The notes under the pieces were generated by a model. It was not told the DNA's origin and made no database searches. It worked only from the letters and a program-made list of their open reading frames with translations. Shown here piece after piece: positions 1-8,513 of a DNA stretch of 64,000 nucleotides (positions are counted from its first letter, which is position 1; each line of letters opens with the position of its first letter). Source of the DNA: a virus; the IMG/VR virus record IMGVR_UViG_3300020146_000001; one strand, written 5' to 3'. Position numbers and translations under genes: made by a program.

Positions 1-50
1 GGAGGCGGAAAAGGGCGGGGATTTTCAAGGATATGCCGCACGGTGCGACA

Positions 51-70
51 CCATGCAACATCATGCAACA
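51..70 (+). repeat. Tandem direct repeat (C/T)CATGCAACA x2 directly 5' of the tRNA fragment. Possibly a recombinase arm-type site.
   Basis: ccatgcaaca (51-60) is followed directly by tcatgcaaca (61-70). Confidence 0.4.
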
Positions 71-80
71 AGAGGATGTC

Positions 81-127
81 GCGGACTCTTAATCAGCGGG
101 TCACTGGTTCGAGCCCAGTCCGGCTCA
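81..127 (+). tRNA. Partial tRNA: the 3' portion of a tRNA-Lys(CTT)-like gene (anticodon arm to acceptor 3' strand). Probably the tRNA-derived core of an attachment site.
   Basis: GCGGA 81-85, loop CTCTTAA 86-92 (anticodon CTT), TCAGC 93-97 (one mismatch). T arm is ACTGG 103-107, TTCGAGC, CCAGT 115-119. Acceptor 3' strand is CCGGCTC 120-126 plus A. The complementary GAGCCGG and a D arm are absent upstream. Confidence 0.55.
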
Positions 128-326
128 TCAAATTACCTAGAAAATCCTCACTTTTCCAGGTTCAGAACAATTCACTTCCACATAGAACGTCCACATACGA
201 TGCCGGGGAGGGGCGTTTTGCGCCTTCCCGCGCCCGGAAACGAAGCAGCCCGCCCATCCTGCGTGCAACAGGAATAGGGCGGGCCTTTGACCATCAACTT
301 CAACGGCCGTAGGAGGGCCACTGATT

Positions 327-806
327 ATGACGATCAATCGAAATCTAGCACGCCTCGTTTTCTCTTTTCTACTGATTGCCCTCGCATCAACCGCACACGC
401 CCAAACCGAGTACCCCGACGAACTCAAACAGAAGTTCGTCAAGCCTGAGACTGTCCAGCGTGAGGCGAGCGTGCCGAAGCTTAATGGGCGGCAGAAAGGT
501 AAACAGGAGCGCCGGGGCTTCTTCCGCCCTTACGGCCCGTCGGCGTGGGTCTCGTCGGCGGTCTATTGGGCGGGTTCGGGGATGGACATAGCATCCTCTG
601 ACCAGCCCAACTTCCGGGAGGGAAACTCGCTCTTTCGGAATGAGCGGGGCGGCACGGCGATGGGTAAGAACATCGCGGCCACGCTCGGCATCTACGGAGG
701 GACGCTCGTCGTGGAGAAGTTCAAGCCGGAGGTGGCGTTCCTCATCAGGATGGGGGTCGGGGTCGGGCGGATGATTGTCGCCGCGAGGAACTGGAAGAAG
801 TATTGA
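327..806 (+). CDS. Secreted hypothetical protein (accessory/moron candidate)
   Basis: 159-aa ORF with signal peptide LLIALASTAHA/QTE. It is on the opposite strand to the virion operon and att-proximal. No domain recognised. Confidence 0.6.
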   Translation: MTINRNLARLVFSFLLIALASTAHAQTEYPDELKQKFVKPETVQREASVPKLNGRQKGKQERRGFFRPYGPSAWVSSAVYWAGSGMDIASSDQPNFREGNSLFRNERGGTAMGKNIAATLGIYGGTLVVEKFKPEVAFLIRMGVGVGRMIVAARNWKKY

Positions 807-866
807 TCGAAGGGCGGGCCTCGCACCCGCTCTCTTTTAGTTTATAATGGGCGTGAGGTGAAGACG

Positions 867-989
867 ATGAGATTCTTTCAGGTACTCAGTGAAAAAGATG
901 CGTGGCCGATTTGGTTGAGCGGGCTGTTCTTAGGCGCAGCCATCGGTGTTATAGCAACCTCACTCGTCATCTGGCTTCTAGGGTCGTGA
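867..989 (+). CDS. Small single-TM membrane peptide (40 aa)
   Basis: Below the ORF-track cutoff. ATG 867 is preceded by GAGGTGA. Product is MRFFQVLSEKDAWPIWLSGLFLGAAIGVIATSLVIWLLGS, with TGA at 987-989. Confidence 0.35.
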   Translation: MRFFQVLSEKDAWPIWLSGLFLGAAIGVIATSLVIWLLGS

Positions 990-1078
990 TACAATCCCCC
1001 TCGCCTAGCGTTCCTTCTACTCTAGGTAACGAACAGGCGAGAGCGGCGTTGGGGGGAAACCTTGACGCCGCCTTTTAG

Positions 1079-1519
1079 TCAATAACAGTTCCTCGCGGCC
1101 CTGTATCCCGCCGCTTCAGCTTCCGCACGAGTCCTGAAATGAACCCTGTTATGCGGGGCTATGTCATCATAGTTCGGACATCCCGGCCAGTGGTAAATCA
1201 TGCTTCGGCGGTTTCCACGGATACGCTCATCTTGGGGCGTCCTCGCCTGAGACGTGCCCCGGCAGACCCGATAGTAAGCAGGCCGGTATCCTGCCTGTTG
1301 CGCCTCGCGTTGCGTCGTGTAGAAACCGCGTTTTGTTTTCCCGTACCACTGAGAACCGGGACACCAATAGATGTCGGAAGAGGTGTTGACCCAAACTCGC
1401 ACGTTGGGGTCGCCGTCTTGCCGTGAGGTTGCGGCATGAACAAGCAAGAGAGAACTTTGCGGCAGTGCGGACAGTATGAGCGTGAGAGCGATTGAAAAGG
1501 CTAGAATGAGCTTTCGCAT
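1079..1519 (-). CDS. Secreted protein with two tandem Ada-Zn-binding-like small Cys domains
   Basis: Signal peptide MRKLILAFSIALTLILSALP. Repeats are IYWCPGSQWY..FYTTQREAQQAGYRPAYYRVC and IYHWPGCPNY..HFRTRAEAEAAGYRAARNC. Paralogue of 59739-60032. Confidence 0.7.
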   Translation of the reverse strand: MRKLILAFSIALTLILSALPQSSLLLVHAATSRQDGDPNVRVWVNTSSDIYWCPGSQWYGKTKRGFYTTQREAQQAGYRPAYYRVCRGTSQARTPQDERIRGNRRSMIYHWPGCPNYDDIAPHNRVHFRTRAEAEAAGYRAARNCY

Positions 1520-1587
1520 GGGCTTCCTCCTGTAGGGGCTAGTGAGACGGCGGGCAATCTATATCAAATCGGGGAGGAAGGCAAGGG

Positions 1588-1923
1588 TCAGAGCTTTGCG
1601 AGTACCTTAGACCAGTTACCGAATCTCTTACACACAGAACTCAGGTGAATCTTTCCGTGTTCCTTGTATTCGGTTGATGTTGGCTTGTGTCTCAACATAC
1701 GTGCGACACGGCGAACGTCTCTCAAGATTTCCTCGTCACTTCTTATCGTCCTGTTGGTCTTGAGCCTCAAGACTTCGGAGCGGAAGACGTAGATAGTTCC
1801 GCCTATCTTGATTGAGCGTAATCGCCCTCTGACGACTAGGCTGTGAATGGCGGGCCGGGTAACACCGCGCAGTTCCCCGGCTTCGGTTTGGGTGATAAGG
1901 TCGTCGGCGTCAACTGAGCGCAT
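1588..1923 (-). CDS. Excisionase-family HTH (HTH_17/MerR-like) fused to one homing-endonuclease-associated repeat (HEAR)
   Basis: The N-terminus [39 protein letters not shown] fits the Xis-type HTH pattern. The C-terminus [28 protein letters not shown] fits the HEAR pattern. Located next to the att-like site. Confidence 0.65.
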   Translation of the reverse strand: MRSVDADDLITQTEAGELRGVTRPAIHSLVVRGRLRSIKIGGTIYVFRSEVLRLKTNRTIRSDEEILRDVRRVARMLRHKPTSTEYKEHGKIHLSSVCKRFGNWSKVLAKL

Positions 1924-2019
1924 GGACTCATAATAATGATTTTTGAGGGGGCGTGCTATACTCTGCGACCGTCAAGCAGGGTTTACAGTCTCCCGAAACC
2001 TTTACTCAGGAGTCCAGCC

Positions 2020-2184
2020 ATGCCCGATACTCTCACGGCGCAGGAGCGCGAAGTCGTAGAAGCCGCCAAACGATTTGTTAAAGCCGTCCACGAATCGAAC
2101 GGAGATTCACAGTACAGCGAGAAGGTAGTCACGGCGGAAGATGAGTTAATTGAGGCCGTGGACAGGCTGGAAGGTCAGTCGTAG
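2020..2184 (+). CDS. Small acidic hypothetical protein (54 aa)
   Basis: Internal ATG of ORF 1936-2184, preceded by AGGAG (2008-2012). Convergent with 2175-2495 and overlaps its end. Confidence 0.4.
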   Translation: MPDTLTAQEREVVEAAKRFVKAVHESNGDSQYSEKVVTAEDELIEAVDRLEGQS

Positions 2185-2495
2185 ACGCGAATCTCTAAAC
2201 TGTGATTGTAGAGCAATCCGTCTGTCGGGTTGCCGCCAGTCGCCGTGGTCACATTTATCTGGTCGTTGCTCGCGCGGCAGATGGTGACGCGCTCCGAAGT
2301 TGAGCTATCCCCGATGCTCTCATTTATCAAGCAGAAGGTCTTGCCGTCGGGGAATGCGCCCGACAAGATGCCTTCATAGATTCCTTCCCCGGCCCGCGTC
2401 CAAACGATTTGCCCGAGAGAGTTTTCAAGTATCATAGGCGAGGGGTCATTACTGCCTTGCTGCGTCAAAAGCGCGGTGTAGACTTTCATAAGCAC
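2175..2495 (-). CDS. Stand-alone copy of the tail-fibre C-terminal tip domain
   Basis: 106 aa. It shares Y.ALL.Q.G...P....LENSLG..VWTR...G.Y.G.LSG.F...KT ... D.L......EIRVY with the last ~100 aa of 2498-3109. Confidence 0.65.
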   Translation of the reverse strand: MLMKVYTALLTQQGSNDPSPMILENSLGQIVWTRAGEGIYEGILSGAFPDGKTFCLINESIGDSSTSERVTICRASNDQINVTTATGGNPTDGLLYNHSLEIRVYD

Positions 2496-2497
2496 CT

Positions 2498-3109
2498 CTA
2501 GGGATAAACCCTTATCTCAATCGCGGTTTCATTCAGCGCGTCGTCAAAATTCCCGCCCTCTACTACTGAGTAAGTTTCGACGGCCACACTGTTGGCGTCA
2601 AAGCGATACCCTGTTGTAACAATCCCACTCCGCGTCGCGGGAAAGATGGCCGTCTTGCTTGCCATGAATACGCCCGAGAGCGTGCCAGTGTACACGCCGA
2701 CATCAAACCGAGTCCAAACGACAGTTCCGCCGAGTGAGTTTTCAAGAACCGTTACCGTTGGCGCGGACGTTCCCGACTGTGAGAGTAAGGCCACATACCT
2801 CTTTACTCCGTTGATTGTCCCCACTCCGCTCATGTTGCCCGAGTCGTCTACAGTGACGGCAGAGTTCTGAATCGTTTTACCACCCGCCCCGTCGAACCTA
2901 GCCAAGCGGTTATCATTGGAAGACGCTGGCCCGGCCACGTCCCCCGTAGAAGCCTCCCCAAGTGGCCCTTCCCATGTGTTTGCAACCGCACAAGAATATA
3001 GCCCCGCGTCTGCCCCGGTTTTTATAAAGACTTCGCCGGGGGAACAAGTAGCAGGAAGTGTTGCACCCTTGCGGACCCTTCTTGCTGTACTGCTTGATAC
3101 TCCGCTCAT
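2498..3109 (-). CDS. Tail fibre protein (short), with a C-terminal tip domain paralogous to 2175-2495
   Basis: 203 aa, last genes of the virion operon. The N-terminus is Gly/Ala-rich and the C-terminal ~100 aa form the conserved tip domain. Confidence 0.7.
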   Translation of the reverse strand: MSGVSSSTARRVRKGATLPATCSPGEVFIKTGADAGLYSCAVANTWEGPLGEASTGDVAGPASSNDNRLARFDGAGGKTIQNSAVTVDDSGNMSGVGTINGVKRYVALLSQSGTSAPTVTVLENSLGGTVVWTRFDVGVYTGTLSGVFMASKTAIFPATRSGIVTTGYRFDANSVAVETYSVVEGGNFDDALNETAIEIRVYP

Positions 3110-3118
3110 AAATTCACC

Positions 3119-6100
3119 TCAGTTATGCAAAAGCCAAAAAGGAATCGAATCCGCTGACGTTATCCCGGTCAAAGCCCCGAGCGTGGCGGGCAGCACGCCC
3201 CCGCTCATCGCGTTGGCGCAACTGACCCAACTCTTGCCCGTAGTAGGTTTGTTGAGCAAATCAAGGAAGCCAGCGGCAACTGAGCCGGTTCCGCCAATAG
3301 TGGGAACGGTAGTGTCGGCCGCGAACGCGATGAAGTACGAGGTGTCAGGCAAAAGCGTAATAGCCGTCACGGTCCCCGTGTAAGTAGTCGTGCCTGCGCT
3401 GATTGAAATGTTGTCCGCCGAGACGAGCTTGTTGCCCGCCGAGTCGTAGATGCCCACCGCCAAGACGTTGCCGGCGGTGCCGATGCGGAAAGAGATTTTC
3501 GTGATCCTCGTCGGCTCCGTCACCTTGAAGCGGTAAGCCCTGACGGCGTTATTGGAGTCCGAGACGGCTTCGGTGGTTTCGCCCACTCCCCCCGTAGGCA
3601 CGCGCGGCACCATGAAAACCGCGTCGTCGCCGGTAAGAGCCGCCCTGCCCCCCTCCCACAGCACCATCCAGTTCGTTCCGTCCGTGTTGAAGAAACAGAC
3701 GGCCTGGCCCTGGCGGGTTAAACGGTAGGAAGTCTCCGCGCCCCCGATGGTCTCCGTGCCCGCGGCTCCTGTAATTGTTACGGCGTTCGTTGACGAGTCG
3801 GTCTTGATGAAAGCTACCGTTCGGCCTTTGATGAACTCGGTGAAACCCGGCACCGGGGCTGCGGGTAATCGGCAGGTGAAAGCGCCCCCGGCGGCGTTGG
3901 CCCGAATCAGCCCCTCGTCCGTCTTGATGTCGTGCGGGGGAGAGCCTGAGATAGTCTTCTCAGTGGAGAAATAATGAAGGCCCGTCAGAGCCGTCGCGCC
4001 CCACGGGATGTCAGGCGGGGGCGGGGCGATTTCCGAGTCGCCTGAGTTTCCGGCCCACACAATGCCTGTAACCTTCCCCGCCTGAGCCGCCGTAATGTCT
4101 AAGTGAATAAGACTCTTGTCGGAGACGGAAACCGTACCAGTGAAGCGGTTGCCGATAACGACTAACCCCCTAGTTTCCGTGGTCGCGTCGCCGTAGACCT
4201 TGAGGAACTGGCCCAACTTCGTGGTTCCGTTGTTGTAGATGTAAATGAGGTTCCCTTCAAACAACCACCCCTGGCCCCGGATTTTGCACGCTATCCCGCC
4301 GCCCTGGGAATCCCAGAAACCGCAGTTGGACACCCTCACGGCCGCCGCAGGAAGATTGATGCCCGCCCTCACAACAGGGTCTTCGGTCGTAATACCCCTG
4401 ACAATGGCGTTCGTGAACGCCGGGCCTTCGTTCGGCTCGAACACGCAGGAGCGAATGTCCCATTGGGTGCCGGGGCACACTACGGCGTAGCCGCCCTCTC
4501 CAGCAGTATCCCCCGTGCCTGAAGGCGGAGAAGTGTTCTCGTTTAAGAACTGAAGGCGGCAGCCGTCAATGACGACAGAATTTGAGTAGGCCGTACTCGG
4601 GGTGCCGACCACCCCGGAGGGCGGGACGACGCGGCCCCCTATTCCTCTGCGCGCGTGGCTGAAGGTGGAGCTGAGGATTCTAATCTCCACCGTGTTGCGA
4701 AGATTGAGAAGCATTCGCGCATTGACGGCGTTGTCATTCATCGCGGCCTCGTTGCCGCCGAATCCGCCGATGAAGCAGCGGTCAATGATGTTTGCGACCG
4801 AAGCACCCGAGCCTACGGAGTCGTCGGCCGCGAATGAAATGAAGTCTCCAACGAACCCAGGAGAGGTGTAACGCATGATGAGATTGCGGAACTCTGAGCC
4901 GACTAGACAGTTGCCGTTGATGAACGGTGAACTACCCGACGCCGTGTACCGAAGCTCTGTGCCCGCGGAGCGAGAGATAACGCCCGTCTGCGTGTCAGAG
5001 ATGAGGCCGATTCCGGGCGAACCCTCAATACAAATCTGCTCCATGTCCACCATCTGAATGCCGGAAGAGAAGGAGTACCAGCCCTCCCAGGTGCGGTCCA
5101 GTTGAATCCGCATTCTGGCCTTGGAGCGATCCAGACAGTCTATCGCGGCCTGTAAGTATGGGCTGTTATCCGTAGTCCCGGAGTCGGCTTTCATCCCGAA
5201 CCACGCCCCCAACACCTCCCTGACTTTCTTATTTCCCTCGAATGAAAGCACGCCCTGGCCGGAGAGAATGTTAGTAAATATGGTGTGGGGCGGGGCTTCA
5301 ATCGCACCCAGAATAGTTAGCGTTTGGCCCGTGGCGATGTTCAGTGACCCGCCGCGGATAAATTTCAAAGTAATCGTCTCAGGAACCGTAGCGGTCTGAG
5401 CCGTCACCGCAGAAGTGACGTAGAGAGTGGTTGGCGTAGAGCTTATCGTGGAGAGTGCCGTGGCGAAGTCGGCGTAGTTCTCTACCTTGTTGAGCCGAGC
5501 GTCGCTCGTGACAACCAACTTGGACGTGTCAGCTATCCCGTGAACATTCGTGGTGCCAACGATGTGGGCGGCGAGGTCGTCAGCCAAGTCGTCAAACTCT
5601 TCGTCCGTGACTACCACGGGGGAGGCTGGGTTAGAATAGGCGCGGCTGAGTTTCACCCTGCCCAGTACGGTGGGTGTGGCGGGATTGCCGACGTTAATTC
5701 GCCCCTCAATCAGTTCCTCTATCTGGGTCCGAGAGAGCGACCACCTGTCGTCCAATCTCCTAACCTTCGGTGTGTTGTGAACCCGCAAGTCTTCATAGGT
5801 CACTGTCGAACCTAACGAGATAGGAATATCCCACCGCTCGCCTAAGAGTATCGCCGTGTTTTTATTCCTCTTAGCATCAACCAATCTGAGGTAGCAGAAA
5901 ACGTCTGAGCGGTCAGTAATATCAGGCGTGGAATCTAAAACAAACGTGTCTACGTCCACCACGTTGCCCGCTAGATCGCATTCAATCTCGCGGTAGAAAT
6001 CGGTGAGCGACGGTTTCCACACTTCACCCGTAGAGAACGAAAACGCCTCTGGACTGCTACCCGCATAGTAGATTTGCAGGTAGGCAGTCGAACCCGACCA

Positions 6101-6148
6101 GCGGGAGCCGGCGGCGGTTGAGAATCCTGATACAGTTATCTTGCTCAT
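3119..6148 (-). CDS. Large tailspike/tail-fibre protein, probably with a right-handed beta-helix (depolymerase-like) core
   Basis: 1009 aa. The central region has repetitive G/N/V-rich turns (e.g. NIIDRCFIGGFGGNEAAMNDNAV, IRILSSTFSHARRGIGG) typical of parallel beta-helices. Position is distal in the tail module. Confidence 0.75.
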   Translation of the reverse strand: MSKITVSGFSTAAGSRWSGSTAYLQIYYAGSSPEAFSFSTGEVWKPSLTDFYREIECDLAGNVVDVDTFVLDSTPDITDRSDVFCYLRLVDAKRNKNTAILLGERWDIPISLGSTVTYEDLRVHNTPKVRRLDDRWSLSRTQIEELIEGRINVGNPATPTVLGRVKLSRAYSNPASPVVVTDEEFDDLADDLAAHIVGTTNVHGIADTSKLVVTSDARLNKVENYADFATALSTISSTPTTLYVTSAVTAQTATVPETITLKFIRGGSLNIATGQTLTILGAIEAPPHTIFTNILSGQGVLSFEGNKKVREVLGAWFGMKADSGTTDNSPYLQAAIDCLDRSKARMRIQLDRTWEGWYSFSSGIQMVDMEQICIEGSPGIGLISDTQTGVISRSAGTELRYTASGSSPFINGNCLVGSEFRNLIMRYTSPGFVGDFISFAADDSVGSGASVANIIDRCFIGGFGGNEAAMNDNAVNARMLLNLRNTVEIRILSSTFSHARRGIGGRVVPPSGVVGTPSTAYSNSVVIDGCRLQFLNENTSPPSGTGDTAGEGGYAVVCPGTQWDIRSCVFEPNEGPAFTNAIVRGITTEDPVVRAGINLPAAAVRVSNCGFWDSQGGGIACKIRGQGWLFEGNLIYIYNNGTTKLGQFLKVYGDATTETRGLVVIGNRFTGTVSVSDKSLIHLDITAAQAGKVTGIVWAGNSGDSEIAPPPPDIPWGATALTGLHYFSTEKTISGSPPHDIKTDEGLIRANAAGGAFTCRLPAAPVPGFTEFIKGRTVAFIKTDSSTNAVTITGAAGTETIGGAETSYRLTRQGQAVCFFNTDGTNWMVLWEGGRAALTGDDAVFMVPRVPTGGVGETTEAVSDSNNAVRAYRFKVTEPTRITKISFRIGTAGNVLAVGIYDSAGNKLVSADNISISAGTTTYTGTVTAITLLPDTSYFIAFAADTTVPTIGGTGSVAAGFLDLLNKPTTGKSWVSCANAMSGGVLPATLGALTGITSADSIPFWLLHN

Positions 6149-6427
6149 CTACATCTTGGTGTCGGTGATAGTGAACTTCTTTCCCGTGGTCGCGCCGAAA
6201 ATAGAAATCGCCTGAGTAATCAGAGACCGGTACTCCGGCCCGTAAAACTGCGTGTCCCCTGCCCCCACAAAGATTGACGGACTTGTTGCCGCAGCGGTCC
6301 CGCCGAAGCGAACCCAGAAATCCGTGTCATCTGAATTTTGGATTAGAAGCGTGGCGCGGTTGGCATCTGCCGCCGCTGCGGTTTGGGCACTGCCGCCCGT
6401 CGTGATTGTCGAACTGTAGTCAGCCAT
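6149..6427 (-). CDS. Hypothetical small virion-module protein
   Basis: Start moved to the ATG at 6427 (MADYSS...), 1 nt after the stop of the upstream gene. The stop abuts the start of 3119-6148. Confidence 0.55.
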   Translation of the reverse strand: MADYSSTITTGGSAQTAAAADANRATLLIQNSDDTDFWVRFGGTAAATSPSIFVGAGDTQFYGPEYRSLITQAISIFGATTGKKFTITDTKM

Positions 6428-6428
6428 A

Positions 6429-7163
6429 TCAAGCCGCCTTTCTGAACCCAAATCTTTCCTGAAACGCCCTCAAACTTTCGCCCGGATTCCACTGAACAGT
6501 TTCAATCTCAACCTGTGCCTTTGGGCAAAACACCTTTTCCGCGCCCGCCTGCAAGCAGCGTGAACAGCAAGATAGCGTGTCCGGGTCAGGGCCATCGTTG
6601 AAGTACCTTTCTTCGTCCACGGGGACGTTTAATTCTTTGGTTGCCGCCCACACTTGCTCGTCCGTGTAGCTTCTGAGCGGCGCGTAGACCTTTGCCTTCC
6701 CTAACTGCCAGCCGTCACCGGGGCAGAAGCCGCTTCCGCCGAGCGTCCAGTGGTAATCACTCTCCTTGTACCCGATGAGCAGAACGTCAAAGTGGGGGAA
6801 CAGCACGGGCGTTCTTTCTGGAAACACGTCACCGACACATTTATCCCCGTGCTCGACATCAAGCAGGACGGGAAAGTTTTGCGTGCCGAATGATTGCTCA
6901 CGAATCAGACTTAGGCCGTTTTCATTTGGCAACACGTAAACGTCTGAGGGCTCCCATGACCACGCTTCTAGGTCCATTTCAAGAATCATTCGCTTGGCGA
7001 ACTTTTGATTCTCGGGGCGGAACCAGATCACGGGGATGTCGGGCCTAACTTCCCTTGCGAGCGTCAGAAGGAGCATGGAGTCTTTGCCGAAGCTCGACAG
7101 CACAGCCGGGCTCTCTGCGGCCTCTAACGCTTCCCTGATTACTTGTCTCGCCTTACTTAGCAC
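6429..7163 (-). CDS. PAPS-reductase / PP-loop ATP-pyrophosphatase family protein
   Basis: 244 aa. N-terminal AVLSSFGKDSMLLLTLA matches the SGGKDS PP-loop of the CysH/DndC-type family. There is a C-terminal Cys cluster CCSRC..FCP. Confidence 0.75.
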   Translation of the reverse strand: MLSKARQVIREALEAAESPAVLSSFGKDSMLLLTLAREVRPDIPVIWFRPENQKFAKRMILEMDLEAWSWEPSDVYVLPNENGLSLIREQSFGTQNFPVLLDVEHGDKCVGDVFPERTPVLFPHFDVLLIGYKESDYHWTLGGSGFCPGDGWQLGKAKVYAPLRSYTDEQVWAATKELNVPVDEERYFNDGPDPDTLSCCSRCLQAGAEKVFCPKAQVEIETVQWNPGESLRAFQERFGFRKAA

Positions 7164-7383
7164 TTCGTTTCGCCCTATTCGTCACTACTAACTGCGTGAA
7201 CAAAGCCAGATAAATAGCTTCCAGTGAAACCCACGTCGTCAAGACTAGAAGAACCCGGTCCACTTCGACCCAGAACACCAGCGAAAGATTCAAAGCGAAC
7301 AACAGGGTGTGGACGAGGATTGAGATGGGAGACCCAACCTTATCGGCCACTTGCTCGGCCAGCCTGTTAAATCTGTCTTTCAC
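7153..7383 (-). CDS. Small 2-TM membrane protein. Resembles low-affinity iron permease (PF04120)-like small proteins (tentative).
   Basis: GTG 7383 forms a GTGA overlap with the upstream stop. Product is F.RLAEQVADKVGSP followed by two hydrophobic helices. The start is uncertain (ORF extends to 7437). Confidence 0.45.
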   Translation of the reverse strand: MKDRFNRLAEQVADKVGSPISILVHTLLFALNLSLVFWVEVDRVLLVLTTWVSLEAIYLALFTQLVVTNRAKRSAK

Positions 7384-7844
7384 GCCGCCGTCCCCGAAGA
7401 CGCCCCGCCAGCAGCGGCTATAAGTAAATCCGTCCAAATTGGAGAGGACGTTGTACCTACGCCCGAAGAAGTACCTGAGCTGCTTTGCTGAACGAGACGG
7501 GGCGCAGTTAATCCCGCCACAGCAGCGCGTTGTGAAAACCTTGCCCCTTGAAGATCGTTGTACGCCTCACTCCTGGCCTGCCCCTCTTTCTGACTCAAAT
7601 CAGACAAAGTGCTTCTCAAAATCTGGTCGCGCATTTGTGGCGAATACACACCACCCAAAGGGTTATTAAAAGAGTTGGCGGCTTGATTTCTTGCGTTACC
7701 GTAAACATTGGCGATGGACGGGTCCGCTTGAAAATCGAACTCCCGCATCCGTTTAAAGTCATCAGTGTCCGGCGTATTCATAAAACCGTACTGATTCGTA
7801 CTTTGGAAATTCTGACTTTGAGTGCTCTTCGACTTTTTACTCAT
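7380..7844 (-). CDS. Hypothetical Ser/Gln/Asn-rich protein (internal virion protein candidate)
   Basis: Start set at MSKKSKST (ATGA overlap with the stop of 7841-8314). Composition is polar and low-complexity. Confidence 0.5.
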   Translation of the reverse strand: MSKKSKSTQSQNFQSTNQYGFMNTPDTDDFKRMREFDFQADPSIANVYGNARNQAANSFNNPLGGVYSPQMRDQILRSTLSDLSQKEGQARSEAYNDLQGARFSQRAAVAGLTAPRLVQQSSSGTSSGVGTTSSPIWTDLLIAAAGGASSGTAA

Positions 7845-8314
7845 GCTGCCCTCACGCTGTATCTCATCCACAAAATAGGCTTCCCGTGTGATTGGCCTTT
7901 GTATTTAGTCAACCCATCCCTTCTCATCCCAATCATTTCGAGAACCTTTCTCACGCCTGTATTCTTTGCGGCGGGCCACGACCAACCTTCTTTCAGCCCC
8001 ATCTCGAACAGTCGTCTCAATACCGCATACGCGGCAGGAACTATCAACTCAGGCCGAGTCCCGCGTTTGACTAAAAGATGCGAATCGAACATGCCCTTTC
8101 CCACTAGCGAAATGGTAATCATGGCTACTAATCCGCCATCAAATATCCCGAAATCTGCTTGTGGTTCTGTTCTCATCAATTCAAGGTAAAAACCAACGTC
8201 GCCATTTCCAAATGCTTTATCGGCGTCCTGAAAGAATCGCGGCTGCTCGTTGACCCATGAAAGAGCCTCGCGGATTAACTCTTGATCCTTGTCCGGGTCT
8301 AATCTTCTAATCAT
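7841..8314 (-). CDS. Hypothetical protein, possibly an acetyltransferase-like (GNAT) fold (tentative)
   Basis: 157 aa, overlapping both neighbours by 4 nt. The size and C-terminal NTGVRKVLEMIGMRRDG are only loosely GNAT-like. Confidence 0.45.
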   Translation of the reverse strand: MIRRLDPDKDQELIREALSWVNEQPRFFQDADKAFGNGDVGFYLELMRTEPQADFGIFDGGLVAMITISLVGKGMFDSHLLVKRGTRPELIVPAAYAVLRRLFEMGLKEGWSWPAAKNTGVRKVLEMIGMRRDGLTKYKGQSHGKPILWMRYSVRAA

Positions 8315-8511
8315 TGCTTCTGAATAAAGTTGATAACCACCCCTTTGGGCAGCTTCAAAACCTTGTCGGTCAAGTCAGGAGTCCCGTTCGTCCCGTCGCA
8401 GATGACCCAACCCTGCGGCGGCTCCCCTTTCCACATCCCTATGAAACCGGCAGGCACGGGGTTGACCTCCAGCTTTTCATTCGCCCCGATTTCACCGAAA
8501 CTCTTCTCCAT
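8311..8511 (-). CDS. Small phage tail-collar-like protein
   Basis: Start at MEKSF (GAGG directly upstream). PAGFIGMWKGEPPQGWVICDGTNGTPDL matches the tail-collar signature G.I..w.g..P.GW..CDG...PDL. Confidence 0.5.
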   Translation of the reverse strand: MEKSFGEIGANEKLEVNPVPAGFIGMWKGEPPQGWVICDGTNGTPDLTDKVLKLPKGVVINFIQKQ

Positions 8512-8513
8512 CC

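Noticed and set aside
52-127. A complete tRNA gene at the left end
   Set aside because: The T arm, anticodon arm and acceptor 3' strand are present. The sequence where the 5' acceptor strand and D arm should be (about 50-80) cannot pair with CCGGCTC and has no D-arm features. Only a 3' fragment is called.
43-442. ORFs 43-312, 53-277 (plus) and 137-442 (minus) over the att-like region
   Set aside because: They overlap the tRNA fragment and each other. Composition is Arg/Ser/Pro-rich and there is no RBS. More likely non-coding att/regulatory DNA.
2175-3109. Diversity-generating retroelement acting on the duplicated fibre tip (and on the Ada-like paralogues at 1079 and 59739)
   Set aside because: No reverse transcriptase (no YxDD-type motif) occurs anywhere in the window. 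The repeat pairs differ at all base types, mostly at synonymous positions, rather than showing an adenine-specific pattern. The nucleotide identity is far from the near-identity of TR/VR pairs.
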